Shown in pieces: positions 40,693 through 50,224 of a DNA stretch of 64,000 nucleotides. Positions within the stretch are counted from its first letter, which is position 1. Every line of letters begins with the position of its first letter. The translations under genes and the position numbers were made by a program. The DNA comes from an uncultured Calditrichaceae bacterium (GTDB lineage Bacteria; Calditrichota; Calditrichia; RBG-13-44-9), in the NCBI GenBank assembly GCA_964617285.1, contig CAZTXJ010000001.1, positions 15,237 through 79,236 of the forward strand. Reading direction: 5' to 3'. Below the pieces are notes generated by a model. That model was not told the DNA's origin. It did not search any database and saw only the letters and a program-made list of their open reading frames with translations.

Positions 40693-41235
40693 GTGAATGA
40701 AAAAATATATATTGCATTTATCAATGGTCATTTCCCGCCCTTCTGGAAAAATCTGACCGCCGATCTGCGTCGATGCCTGCCTTATCCCTTCGAACATTTT
40801 GTTGTCAATGTGGACTTAAAGCTATTCTATTCGATGGATCGTAATCAGTATCATTCTACTCTCTTGCTTGCCCAACTTCTGAAATTCTTGCCTGAGGATG
40901 GAGAAAAGATCGTGGGTGTGACTGATGTCGATATCTTTATTCCGATTTTGACTTTTCTGTTTGGTGAGGCCCAGTTGGCTGGTAAAGGCGCCCTGGTTTC
41001 AACCTATCGCCTGAACAACCACTTCTATGGCCTGCCGAAAGATGATGAACTGCTTTACCAGCGGGCGATGAAGGAAATTCTGCATGAACTGGGTCACACT
41101 TTTGGCCTCATCCACTGCCCGGATTATGAATGTGTGATGAATTCTTCGACCTATGTGGAAAATATTGATCTGAAAAGAAATCGATTTTGTCTTGGCTGCC
41201 AGAAAAAATTAGGCGTCACTTGCCGTGAAGGGTGA
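40693..41235 (+). CDS. amzA: Archaemetzincin (peptidase family M54)
   Basis: HELGHTFGLIHCPDYECVMNSS-x16-CLGCQ is the full archaemetzincin signature. The gene starts the nucleotide after the regulator stop. Confidence 0.75.
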   Translation: MNEKIYIAFINGHFPPFWKNLTADLRRCLPYPFEHFVVNVDLKLFYSMDRNQYHSTLLLAQLLKFLPEDGEKIVGVTDVDIFIPILTFLFGEAQLAGKGALVSTYRLNNHFYGLPKDDELLYQRAMKEILHELGHTFGLIHCPDYECVMNSSTYVENIDLKRNRFCLGCQKKLGVTCREG

Positions 41236-41245
41236 TGCTCAAAAT

Positions 41246-42034
41246 CTAAGTAAAGATTTGCTTCAGCAACCTTTCAAAGTTATCCGTACCGATTATTTTT
41301 TCCAAATCTACCTGAAGATGCCCACCATCCGCCAAAGTTTCGCCAATGTTAGCCGGAATGGATTCTTGCAAGCTATCCCACAGCAGATTTTTTAATAAAT
41401 TCACTTTTTTGATGTAAAACTGCAGTCCGGCCAATTCATTACATTTATTCTGTATTTGCTGACCGATTCCTTTTTTAGACATCTTAAATAAATATTTATC
41501 TTCTTCAATCACATGCTCGAATCCCGTTACGGTAAACTCGGGATTGATTTCTGAAATTTCACCTCCAATGGGTGCATGAAGAGGCAGGGTTTTTCCTTTG
41601 CGGAATATCCATGCCATTAATTGGCCCTTATGAAAGGAATCTCCCTCTTCCGGTAAAATGATCCGGTCCACCGGAGAGATCGTTTTGACTACCAGTTTAT
41701 CCAGACCAATGAGAATAGCATCCTCTGTTTCCTTCTGACACCAGAAATAATTGGATTGATAACAATGGTCCAGATAAAATCTGCATCCGGCAAAAAGTGA
41801 AGAAAAATACTGTTGAATCCAGTTGTTTATCTTTTCATCTTCCCGACTAGCTTCCTTTTTCTGATACTCCGGTTGGGATGGATTCTCTCTGTTCTCATGC
41901 ACCAAAATTCCCTGCATCACTTTATCGAATTCACATGTTTCACATTCAAAATTATGATCGCAGAGTTTATAGTTAACAATTCCGGCAGACATCCAGATAC
42001 ATTTTAAGCTTGCTTTATTTGTATGGGATCTCAT
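41246..42034 (-). CDS. GcvH-like (lipoyl-carrier fold) protein with N-terminal Cys4 cluster, cytoplasmic paralog
   Basis: C-x12-C-x5-C-x2-C at the N-terminus. Central K...HAPIGGEISEINPEF region like the GcvH lipoyl hairpin. The C-terminal extension contains a LADGG motif shared with two paralogs. Confidence 0.45.
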   Translation of the reverse strand: MRSHTNKASLKCIWMSAGIVNYKLCDHNFECETCEFDKVMQGILVHENRENPSQPEYQKKEASREDEKINNWIQQYFSSLFAGCRFYLDHCYQSNYFWCQKETEDAILIGLDKLVVKTISPVDRIILPEEGDSFHKGQLMAWIFRKGKTLPLHAPIGGEISEINPEFTVTGFEHVIEEDKYLFKMSKKGIGQQIQNKCNELAGLQFYIKKVNLLKNLLWDSLQESIPANIGETLADGGHLQVDLEKIIGTDNFERLLKQIFT

Positions 42035-42132
42035 TTTTTCACCATTTTGCTTATTGATTCGTTATGCTCGATTCAGTTCCATGGATCCTTTTGTCTTATT
42101 CCTGACTGGCCACAAAAATGTGTGGCCAGTGT

Positions 42133-42825
42133 TTATTTGGTTAACAAAAAATCTGTAGCAATATCTTCCCAATTATCGGGTGATATTTCCCGGGCAAATC
42201 CGGAAACCGGAATACCACCATCCTGCATCACCAAACCCAGTTGGGGTGATATTTTTTCTCGCAGTTTCAAAATAACATTCTCTAACCAGGCCACTGCCAC
42301 CGGGCCGGATAATAAATTGGTCAGATTCGGTTTTAAATTGTCCACTTCTACTTCCATTAGCCAGCCCCGTTCGTACGGATCCTTGGTTATTAGATCTGTT
42401 GACTGTAATGCTTCCTGATTGATTTTAAGGACCTTGCCCGAAACAGGGGAGAGCATATCGATTTTTTTATCATCAAATTTTAGTTTCCATCCCTTATTTC
42501 CCTGTTCCAGAATCGTTCCTCTATCCGGTAACACAATTGCCGATGGCTTCCCTAGTAATTTTTGGGCAAAGTCGTCAATTCCGATGCGGACAACGTTCCG
42601 ATTCTGTGGCAAAACCCAACTATGCCCCTGATGATAATATCTTCCTTTCATTAAATGGAACCAATCGTGACTGGTAACCGGCTGCCGTGCGAGTTTGCTT
42701 GCTTGAGCATTGGTTGACCGGTTCATCCAAACCCAGTATGCAACAAAGAGTATCAGAAATCCAATAACCAGGATATATTCGATGCCTTTAGTGGCAAACA
42801 TATCTATATAACCGAAATTTTCCAT
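42133..42825 (-). CDS. Membrane-anchored GcvH-like (glycine cleavage H-protein-like) protein
   Basis: N-terminal TM. SPVSGKVLKINQEALQSTDLITKDPYERGWLMEVEV closely parallels E. coli GcvH [36 protein letters not shown]. C-terminal MQDGG extension. Start set at MENFGY (ribosome-binding site AGAGGA) rather than the longer tracked ORF. Confidence 0.5.
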   Translation of the reverse strand: MENFGYIDMFATKGIEYILVIGFLILFVAYWVWMNRSTNAQASKLARQPVTSHDWFHLMKGRYYHQGHSWVLPQNRNVVRIGIDDFAQKLLGKPSAIVLPDRGTILEQGNKGWKLKFDDKKIDMLSPVSGKVLKINQEALQSTDLITKDPYERGWLMEVEVDNLKPNLTNLLSGPVAVAWLENVILKLREKISPQLGLVMQDGGIPVSGFAREISPDNWEDIATDFLLTK

Positions 42826-44105
42826 TCTTCGTTTTCCTCTTCTATTTTTGTGGTTTGCGGTTGTCTTTTGGTTTTTTCTTCGGACCGAGCCCATTCCGGC
42901 GACTCTTTCAGGATCGGCATGCGGTTGACAATCCAGCGGAATACCAGAATTTCGCCAAAAATTATCATTAACGTGACCATAATTTCCATCCAGGTGGGAT
43001 AATATTTAACCGCGGATTGCCAGTTAAAAGCAATCAGTGAGGTATTCAATCTGTTCATCACGATTCCCACCAGGGTAAGAATTGCCGCAATTTTAATGAG
43101 TCCGAAATTTCTCCGGCGGACACTTTCCGTGAATAATATACCGGGAAGCAATACAAAGCCCAGAATCTCGGTAAGAAAGAGGTAACCCAAGGGTGTATTC
43201 AGGTAGGAATAGTGCTGGCCATGAAAGAAAACCAGTATCTTGAGAAACAGATAAACGAACATGGTACCGGCACAGATTTTTGCCAGACTTAATAAAATGC
43301 CATAATGCGCCGCATGATTTTGAGGACTAATCTGATGTCGGAATACTCTTTGACTTATGCTGCCCTCGAATATGACCATTGATAACCCGGCAAAAATACT
43401 GGATACAAAAAACAAGACTGGAATAAATTCGGTGTACCATAAAGGATGAATTTTACTTTTCGCGATCAGAAATAAGGCGCCCAAGGCGGATTGATGAAGT
43501 GTGGATAGGGTGATACCGAAGATAACCACCCCGACGGTAAGGGTACCCAGGATCTTACGGATTCTTTTCCATCCCAGCCACTCAGCCACAGCCGGTGAAA
43601 ATTCAATGAATTCTGCCATCATATACAACATAAAGTGCCAGGCCACCAGAAACATCACCGAACTGACTCCGAATGAATTACCGATAATCGGATTGACAAT
43701 ATTCCAGGGACGCCCCAAATCGAAAACCAGTGCCCCGGCATAAAAAGCATAGGCCAGAAAACCATTTAGCACAGTTACCCGAATAATTGGGTGATATTTC
43801 TTTATTCTCATAATGTAAACCATAAAGCATAGAACGTAAGCACCACCGGCAAATGCTACACCGGTAATAACATCAAAGCTGATCCAGAGTCCCCAGGGAT
43901 ATTCCTGGGATAAATTCGTAACCGAACCCAATCCCTTGGCAAAACGAATAACCAGTATCACGATACCGGTCATAATGATCACAAAGGATAAAATATTGAA
44001 AGGAGTGAGAATCGGTCCTTTGGGTTTTAACTCACTGAGAAAGAATTTAATAAATTTTTTGAATTCCGATTTGACCAATGAAACGGTTCCTGTTTTATTA
44101 TCCAT
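42804..44105 (-). CDS. NrfD/PsrC/HybB family polytopic membrane quinone-interacting subunit
   Basis: About ten TM helices and the YPWGLWISFDVITGVAFAGGAY family motif. Start taken at MDNKTG, where ATGGATAA overlaps the upstream stop. Confidence 0.7.
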   Translation of the reverse strand: MDNKTGTVSLVKSEFKKFIKFFLSELKPKGPILTPFNILSFVIIMTGIVILVIRFAKGLGSVTNLSQEYPWGLWISFDVITGVAFAGGAYVLCFMVYIMRIKKYHPIIRVTVLNGFLAYAFYAGALVFDLGRPWNIVNPIIGNSFGVSSVMFLVAWHFMLYMMAEFIEFSPAVAEWLGWKRIRKILGTLTVGVVIFGITLSTLHQSALGALFLIAKSKIHPLWYTEFIPVLFFVSSIFAGLSMVIFEGSISQRVFRHQISPQNHAAHYGILLSLAKICAGTMFVYLFLKILVFFHGQHYSYLNTPLGYLFLTEILGFVLLPGILFTESVRRRNFGLIKIAAILTLVGIVMNRLNTSLIAFNWQSAVKYYPTWMEIMVTLMIIFGEILVFRWIVNRMPILKESPEWARSEEKTKRQPQTTKIEEENEEWKISVI

Positions 44106-44967
44106 GGAGATCCTCACTTTCTTCTCTCGTTTCATTTTCCTTGGCAGAGTTATGAAGCGCCAGTAAAAATGCCGGCCATAAAGTCAGAATAACAGGTACA
44201 CTATAAAGGAAACCTTTGGTGTATTCTGCGGGTGGTTTTTCTCCAACTGCATTTTTGAAACCAATCTGTTCAAAAGGGACGGCGGAAAGATAAAGCCATC
44301 CGGTACCGCCAACTTCATGTTCGCCGTAAATATGATGAACATAATCATCCGGATTCTGATAAATACGTTGTCTGGCAATTTCCAGAATTTCGCGACGGTC
44401 ACCGAAAATGATTGCTTCGGCCGGACAATTTTCAACGCAAGCTGGGATTTCACCATCCTTCAAACGGGCCCAGCACATGGTACACTTTTGAATTTTTGGC
44501 ATAGGACTATTATACTCGAATTGCGGTATACCAAACGGACAGGCAATCATACAATAGCGACAGCCCATGCATTTGTTCTCCCGCCAGATTACCGGACCCT
44601 CTTTGGTTTTATACATTGCCTTGGTGAGACAGGCTGAGGCGCATGCCGGTTGATTGCAGTGCATACATTGTCTCTTAACAAATACCTCGCCTTTATCTGT
44701 ATCAAACCGGTTAATCACTGAATATTGAGTCAGAGAAGGTTTACGTTCTTTTTCCAAAACCGAATCATCCAGGTCAGGTTCAGGTAAATTATTTTGCATG
44801 GCACAGGCCTCTTCGCAGCTTCGACAGCCCACACAACGCGTTGTATCCACTAAAATAGCTTTAAACTCAGTGGATGCCGGGACGTTTTCTGCTTTCAAAG
44901 GAGAACTTTTTATCAGAGCTGTTCCGGTGGCAACGCCAAATGCCTTCAAAAAGTCACGTCTATCCAT
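44098..44967 (-). CDS. Tat-exported 4x[4Fe-4S] ferredoxin subunit (NrfC/PsrB/HybA-like) with C-terminal TM anchor
   Basis: RRDFLK twin-arginine signal, four Cys cluster motifs and a C-terminal hydrophobic helix. Confidence 0.75.
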   Translation of the reverse strand: MDRRDFLKAFGVATGTALIKSSPLKAENVPASTEFKAILVDTTRCVGCRSCEEACAMQNNLPEPDLDDSVLEKERKPSLTQYSVINRFDTDKGEVFVKRQCMHCNQPACASACLTKAMYKTKEGPVIWRENKCMGCRYCMIACPFGIPQFEYNSPMPKIQKCTMCWARLKDGEIPACVENCPAEAIIFGDRREILEIARQRIYQNPDDYVHHIYGEHEVGGTGWLYLSAVPFEQIGFKNAVGEKPPAEYTKGFLYSVPVILTLWPAFLLALHNSAKENETREESEDLHG

Positions 44968-45029
44968 TTAAAATTCCTTTCTGTTTTCCATAAAAGAGTT
45001 CAGAAAATTAAGAGAGCGGATTTGTCCTC

Positions 45030-45713
45030 TTAATTAAGAAAACTGTGTTCAAATTCCTTCCAAAATTTCTCATCAAATTTGGACATGATTCCGATCGGCA
45101 AATCGCCACCATCTGCCATTGTTGATCCGAGTTCGGTTCGGGGCAGATTTTTCATGAAGAAGCTTTTCACTTCCTCATACCTGGTGTTTATCCAGTTTTT
45201 GGTTTTGTCTGCGATAATCCATCCGGGAATTTCTGAGGATACTTTTTCGGGTTTAATGGCATAAATCCAATTCTGGCTCAATTTGTCCCAGCCGCTGATT
45301 TCCTGAAACTCGGGATTGATGGCGACAATGGAGCCGTGGACCGGAGATTTGAGATCCAGTAATTTTGATCCCTTTCGTACTTTTAATAGTGAACCACCTT
45401 TACCAATTTTCTGACCTTCGGGAACTGTTTCAATCTTATCCGGATTACCAACTAAACCCAATAGCATCGGTTGAATTCCCAACAGAAGGTTGCCATTATC
45501 CAGAATTTTGGACCAGGTGAAACCAGGCTGCAGAAAGACGCCATTTAATATTCCCGGCATTGTTTTGGAAATAAAAAGATTTTCGGGTTCAGCCTGTTCG
45601 ACTGTAGCCCTTTTCCGCCTTCTCTGGATAAGATAGTCGATTGTAATGAAAAGTACGACGCTGAGTACAACAAGTAAGAATACCATATTTATTCCTTTCT
45701 TTTTTTGATTCAA
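45030..45713 (-). CDS. Membrane-anchored GcvH-like protein (paralog 1)
   Basis: N-terminal TM flanked by basic residues. KSPVHGSIVAINPEF...WIYAIKP GcvH-like hairpin and tail. C-terminal MADGG motif. Confidence 0.45.
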   Translation of the reverse strand: MNQKKKGINMVFLLVVLSVVLFITIDYLIQRRRKRATVEQAEPENLFISKTMPGILNGVFLQPGFTWSKILDNGNLLLGIQPMLLGLVGNPDKIETVPEGQKIGKGGSLLKVRKGSKLLDLKSPVHGSIVAINPEFQEISGWDKLSQNWIYAIKPEKVSSEIPGWIIADKTKNWINTRYEEVKSFFMKNLPRTELGSTMADGGDLPIGIMSKFDEKFWKEFEHSFLN

Positions 45714-46073
45714 ATGGTATTGCTGCTGTACGAATTACAAAATAAATGCCAAGGCACATATTACTCGCTTAAAGTTATAATAATAAATGAGTTGGATGGG
45801 ATTGGTAAATTACCAGGGGCAAGACGAAATCGTTGAATATATTTACGGTTTAATTTTAGGATTAGCAGAAAACCGTGTTAAGTATTTAAAAATTAGCAAT
45901 GTAAATAGTGTAAATATTTTCAACGATGAATATTGAAATAATTTACAGTTCAATTTTTAGCTTGTAGAATAATCTAACAGTTTATCCGAATAGAATATCA
46001 GGAATGCTTATTCTTATGGATTTTTAAGGGGGAATAATTGAAGCAGATCTAAATTGACCAGTTTGTATTCAGA

Positions 46074-46718
46074 TCAGAAATTTCCCTTTTTCTTAAAGAA
46101 ATTCTTAAAGAAGTCTTGCCCAACGCCCCAGTGACGGTATTTATGTCTCAGGTAGATAAAACCAACCACCATTCCACCCAGATGGGCAACATGGGCGATG
46201 CCATCCTGGCTGTATGCGGATAAGAATTCTATGGCTCCCAAAATCAGAGCCAAGTATTTCATTTTAATTGGGAAGAGCAGGTAGAGATACACATATCTAT
46301 CGGGAAAGAATAAGGCGTAGGCCGCTAATATGCCATAGATTGCTCCGGACGCACCGATAGTTGGGATCATTGAACCCCAATTGAACAGGGCAGTGGAGAT
46401 TCCTGCTGCAATCCCGGTCAGAAAGTAGAATTTCAGGAATTCCTTCGTTCCCCAGGTTCTTTCCAGCTCCACTCCGAACATCCATAAAGCAAACATATTG
46501 AAGAAGATATGACCAAAGCCGCCATGCAAAAACATGTAGGTAGCAAATTGCCAAATAAAAAGTTTTTGGAAAGCGAGGTATGAATGTAAACCAAAGAAGT
46601 AAATCATGTAATTATTTAATGTAGGCGCAAGAAATTGCAGAAGAAAAACTGCAACATTTGCAAACAGTAAATTCTTGACTCCTGTGGTCATAAAACTAAA
46701 ATTTGATTGATAATACAT
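46074..46718 (-). CDS. Rhomboid family intramembrane serine protease
   Basis: Six TM helices, GASGAIYG (catalytic Ser) and HLGGM (catalytic His). Confidence 0.8.
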   Translation of the reverse strand: MYYQSNFSFMTTGVKNLLFANVAVFLLQFLAPTLNNYMIYFFGLHSYLAFQKLFIWQFATYMFLHGGFGHIFFNMFALWMFGVELERTWGTKEFLKFYFLTGIAAGISTALFNWGSMIPTIGASGAIYGILAAYALFFPDRYVYLYLLFPIKMKYLALILGAIEFLSAYSQDGIAHVAHLGGMVVGFIYLRHKYRHWGVGQDFFKNFFKKKGNF

Positions 46719-46736
46719 ATTTTTTAGTCCTGTTCT

Positions 46737-48164
46737 TTAATATGCTTTGGCAAAAATTACCCGACCTTCTGAATCTTCCCCACAAAGAATGCACTTGCCC
46801 TTTTCTTTTTTCTGGTCGAATGGAATACTTCGAATCGTAGCTTTAGTTTCTTCTTTTATCTGAAGCTCACATTTTTCCGAGCCACACCAGTGGGATTCAA
46901 TAAAACCCCCTTTTTCTTCCAAAACCCTCTTAAATTCGTCATATTCATTAATCCGGAAGGTATTCTCTTCTCTGAATTTTAATGCCTTTGCAAACAAATC
47001 TTTTTGCATTTTATCCAGTACTTCCCGAACTGTGTTATTTAAATTGTTTATTCCGGCGGAAATTTTCTCCCGGTTGTCTCGTCGAACCAGCATCACCTGG
47101 TTGTTCTGTACATCACGTGGTCCGATTTCAATTCGCAGCGGTACGCCGACCATTTCCCATTCATTGTATTTGTAACCGGGTTTGTATTGCTCGCGGTCGT
47201 CTAATTTTACCGAAAATTGATTTCGGAGTTGCTGATAAATTTTTTGAGTATATTCAAAAACCTCATCCCGATTTGTCTCTTTCCAGATCGGGATAATCAC
47301 AATCTGAGTCTGGGCGAGCTTCGGTGGAATAATAACGCCATTATCATCACCGTGGGTCAGAATGAGGGCGCCAATCAGTCTGGTGCTTACCCCCCAGCTG
47401 GTAGCGTAGACAGATTTAACCTGACCATCCTTATCCTGGAAACTGACATCAAATGCTTTGGCAAAATTTTGCCCCAGATTGTGCGAAGTCCCGGCCTGTA
47501 ACGCTTTTCCATCCTGCATCATCGCCTCGATACTGTAGGTATGCAAAGCGCCGGCAAATTTTTCTGATTCGGTCTTACGTCCGGTTATTACCGGCATGGC
47601 CAGATAATCTTCCGCAAATTTCCGGTATATTTCCAGAATTTTAAGTGCCTCTTCCTCAGCTTCTTCGAAGGTAGCATGGGCGGTATGTCCCTCCTGCCAG
47701 AGAAACTCAGTTGTTCGAAGAAATAAACGGGTTCTCATTTCCCACCGGACCACATTGGCCCATTGATTCATCAGGATTGGTAGGTCCCGATAAGACATGA
47801 TCCATTTTTTGAACATACTCCAGATGATAGTTTCGGAAGTAGGTCTTATATAAAGCGGTTCTTCCAGTTTCTCACCACCACCGATGGTTACAATTGCGCA
47901 TTCCGGAGCAAAACCCTCCACATGCTCGGCTTCTTTTTTCATAAAACTTTCCGGAATAAACAGCGGGAAATAGGCATTAACATGACCGGTTTCTTTAAAC
48001 ATCCCATCCAGGATCTGCTGCATGCTTTCCCATATGGCATAACCATTTGGCCGGATGACCATACACCCTTTTACCGGGGAGTAGTCGGCCAGTCGACCCT
48101 GAATAATCACGTCGGTATACCAGCGGCTATAATCTTCACTTCGTGGAGTAATGCGTTCTGCCAT
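46737..48164 (-). CDS. proS: Proline--tRNA ligase, archaeal/eukaryotic-like architecture
   Basis: Class II motifs, no bacterial editing insertion, and a C-terminal CILCG zinc-binding domain. Confidence 0.85.
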   Translation of the reverse strand: MAERITPRSEDYSRWYTDVIIQGRLADYSPVKGCMVIRPNGYAIWESMQQILDGMFKETGHVNAYFPLFIPESFMKKEAEHVEGFAPECAIVTIGGGEKLEEPLYIRPTSETIIWSMFKKWIMSYRDLPILMNQWANVVRWEMRTRLFLRTTEFLWQEGHTAHATFEEAEEEALKILEIYRKFAEDYLAMPVITGRKTESEKFAGALHTYSIEAMMQDGKALQAGTSHNLGQNFAKAFDVSFQDKDGQVKSVYATSWGVSTRLIGALILTHGDDNGVIIPPKLAQTQIVIIPIWKETNRDEVFEYTQKIYQQLRNQFSVKLDDREQYKPGYKYNEWEMVGVPLRIEIGPRDVQNNQVMLVRRDNREKISAGINNLNNTVREVLDKMQKDLFAKALKFREENTFRINEYDEFKRVLEEKGGFIESHWCGSEKCELQIKEETKATIRSIPFDQKKEKGKCILCGEDSEGRVIFAKAY

Positions 48165-48334
48165 TAAATTTTGCTCCTGATGCTCAAATTAGAATTTTTA
48201 ATTTTAAATGTCTAGATTTCTGTTTAGCTTAATTTTGAAACTGCGAATTTATAAGGGTTTGTTTACGAAATCAATCAAAAACTTGTTTCCGCTCGAGTTG
48301 ATCAAAAAGAATTTGCAAGAAATAAATAGTCAAG

Positions 48335-48793
48335 CTAAGATAAATTCGCTTTAGATAGTATATGTATCAAGCGATCCGCTTTCTTGAAGTCTTCCAATTG
48401 AAATCCCAGTTGCGGGTCAAGTTGAATCGGATCCCCTTTTTCAAGTTCTTCGATCGATATCCAGCGATACTCACTGTGTTCCTCAGATAATTTAATTTCT
48501 CCATCTATAATTTTTACCAGATAGTCAATTGACATCAAAGGTTTACCCCTCCAGTTGCCAAACCATACATCAACCGGTGCCAGGACTTCTACCTCAAGAT
48601 CGGTTTCTTCCTTAATTTCCCTGATAATCCCCATATTGGGATCTTCATCTTTATTTAACCGTCCGCCGGGCGGAGCCCAGATGTATGGTTTGGTCGCCCG
48701 TTTGAGCAATAGATACTTGTCTTCTTGAAAAATATAGGCTGTGACAGCAACCTTATGGGAATAATTATTTTGCTTCATATCTGTTTGCTTCAA
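48335..48793 (-). CDS. NUDIX hydrolase
   Basis: Nudix box GGRLNKDEDPNMGIIREIKEETDL. Confidence 0.8.
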   Translation of the reverse strand: MKQTDMKQNNYSHKVAVTAYIFQEDKYLLLKRATKPYIWAPPGGRLNKDEDPNMGIIREIKEETDLEVEVLAPVDVWFGNWRGKPLMSIDYLVKIIDGEIKLSEEHSEYRWISIEELEKGDPIQLDPQLGFQLEDFKKADRLIHILSKANLS

Positions 48794-49191
48794 TAAATTT
48801 CGAATGCCTCCCTGATTTCTTTTGGGATGGCAATCGGACGACCCGCCAAATTGGTAAATACCCAGGTGACTTTTGCTTCAGCAGCCAATTTTTCATTATT
48901 TGCGGCATAAATTTGCTGGGTAAATGTACCGCTGCTATTTTTGGATTCACTGGTGAAGGTTTTTAGAAGAACCTCTTGTCCGGTATATAGCGGAGAGACA
49001 TAATTAATTTCGATTCTGCGAATCACCACCAGAAATCCCAATGTTTTCATTTTTTCCAGGGTGAACCCCTTTTCCAGCAATGCGGACATCCTGGCAAATT
49101 CCAGGTAGTTTAAGTAAACTGCATTGTTCACGTGTCCGTAGGAATCGCATTCGTAACTTCTGACATTGAATTTGACCGTAAAAACTTTCAT
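48790..49191 (-). CDS. Acyl-CoA thioesterase (4HBT/YbgC hotdog fold)
   Basis: The N-terminal YECDSYGHVNNAVYLNY motif is typical of YbgC-like thioesterases. Confidence 0.75.
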   Translation of the reverse strand: MKVFTVKFNVRSYECDSYGHVNNAVYLNYLEFARMSALLEKGFTLEKMKTLGFLVVIRRIEINYVSPLYTGQEVLLKTFTSESKNSSGTFTQQIYAANNEKLAAEAKVTWVFTNLAGRPIAIPKEIREAFEIY

Positions 49192-49312
49192 TTTTTTATC
49201 CTGAAAGGTATGTTATTTTTCTTTATAAAGAATAATAATATAAGGATAAGCTTAAATAAATCTGATGTAAAATTTAAAAAAATAATGGCATGTTCAAACG
49301 GATTGTCAGAAA

Positions 49313-50224
49313 TTGGTCATGATTTTTGATACGCTATCAGCACTGTGCATTTTTATCTTTTTTGCGGGAAAATTGTTGAATATGAGTTTACGATTTACTG
49401 AAAAGTATCCTGAGGTCGCTGCCGGCTTGAGTATTGAGGTTAAGCGGACGCTTTATTCGGGTAAAAGCCCTTTTCAAAAGATCGAAGTTTTCGAAACAGA
49501 AAAGTTCGGCCGGATGCTGGCTATTGATGGTTGTATCATGTTAACTGAACGGGATGAATTTATTTATCACGAAATGATTACCCATGTTCCATTATATATC
49601 CACCCCAATGCTGAAAGTATACTGGTCATTGGAGGTGGGGATGGCGGGACAGTCCGGGAGATCTTGAAGCATCCCGAGGTTATAGCGGTGGATCTGGTGG
49701 ATATTGACAGACGGGTGAGCGAGGTTTGCCTGGAATTCTTTCCGGAAATTTCCCGGGGGTTGTTATCGGAACGCGTGAATTGTCATTTTGAAGATGGGGT
49801 AGAATTCGTCAAAAGACAGAAGAAGCATTATGATCTGATCATAATCGATTCCACTGACCCAATAAATGTGGGCGAGGGATTATTTACCTCAGATTTTTAT
49901 CAGAATTGTAATAGCATCCTGAAAGAAGATGGAATTTTGGTCAATCAGGCGGAAAGTCCAATGTATTCGAATCGTTGGGTAAGATCGATTTCTGAGAAGT
50001 TTAATAAATCTTTCCCCATTGTTCAATTTTATGGTGCCAATGTTCCCACTTATCCATCGGGGTTCTGGATGTTTGGTTTTGCCAGCAAGAAATATGATCC
50101 GAATAATCTTTTTCATGAACAAAAATTTGTTAAGGACAAATTAAACCTGAAATATTATAACGCAATGGTCCACCAGGCCTGTTTTACCTTGCCGAATTAT
50201 GTAAAGGATTTAATTAATGATTAA
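49313..50224 (+). CDS. speE: Polyamine aminopropyltransferase (spermidine synthase)
   Basis: IGGGDGGTVRE and IIIDSTDP motifs. Start probably at the internal MSLRFTEKY. Confidence 0.85.
   Translation: MVMIFDTLSALCIFIFFAGKLLNMSLRFTEKYPEVAAGLSIEVKRTLYSGKSPFQKIEVFETEKFGRMLAIDGCIMLTERDEFIYHEMITHVPLYIHPNAESILVIGGGDGGTVREILKHPEVIAVDLVDIDRRVSEVCLEFFPEISRGLLSERVNCHFEDGVEFVKRQKKHYDLIIIDSTDPINVGEGLFTSDFYQNCNSILKEDGILVNQAESPMYSNRWVRSISEKFNKSFPIVQFYGANVPTYPSGFWMFGFASKKYDPNNLFHEQKFVKDKLNLKYYNAMVHQACFTLPNYVKDLIND

Noticed and set aside
42826-42894. Longer N-terminal extension (MGSVRRKNQK...) for the second GcvH-like gene
   Set aside because: It would overlap the upstream NrfD gene by 91 nt. The internal ATG at 42825 has a strong AGAGGA ribosome-binding site and a normal 22-nt overlap.
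45739-45755. Possible sigma-54 element upstream of the GcvH-like operon (minus strand TTGGCATttattTTGT)
   Set aside because: The -12 dinucleotide is GT rather than the near-invariant GC. Kept only as a weak candidate.
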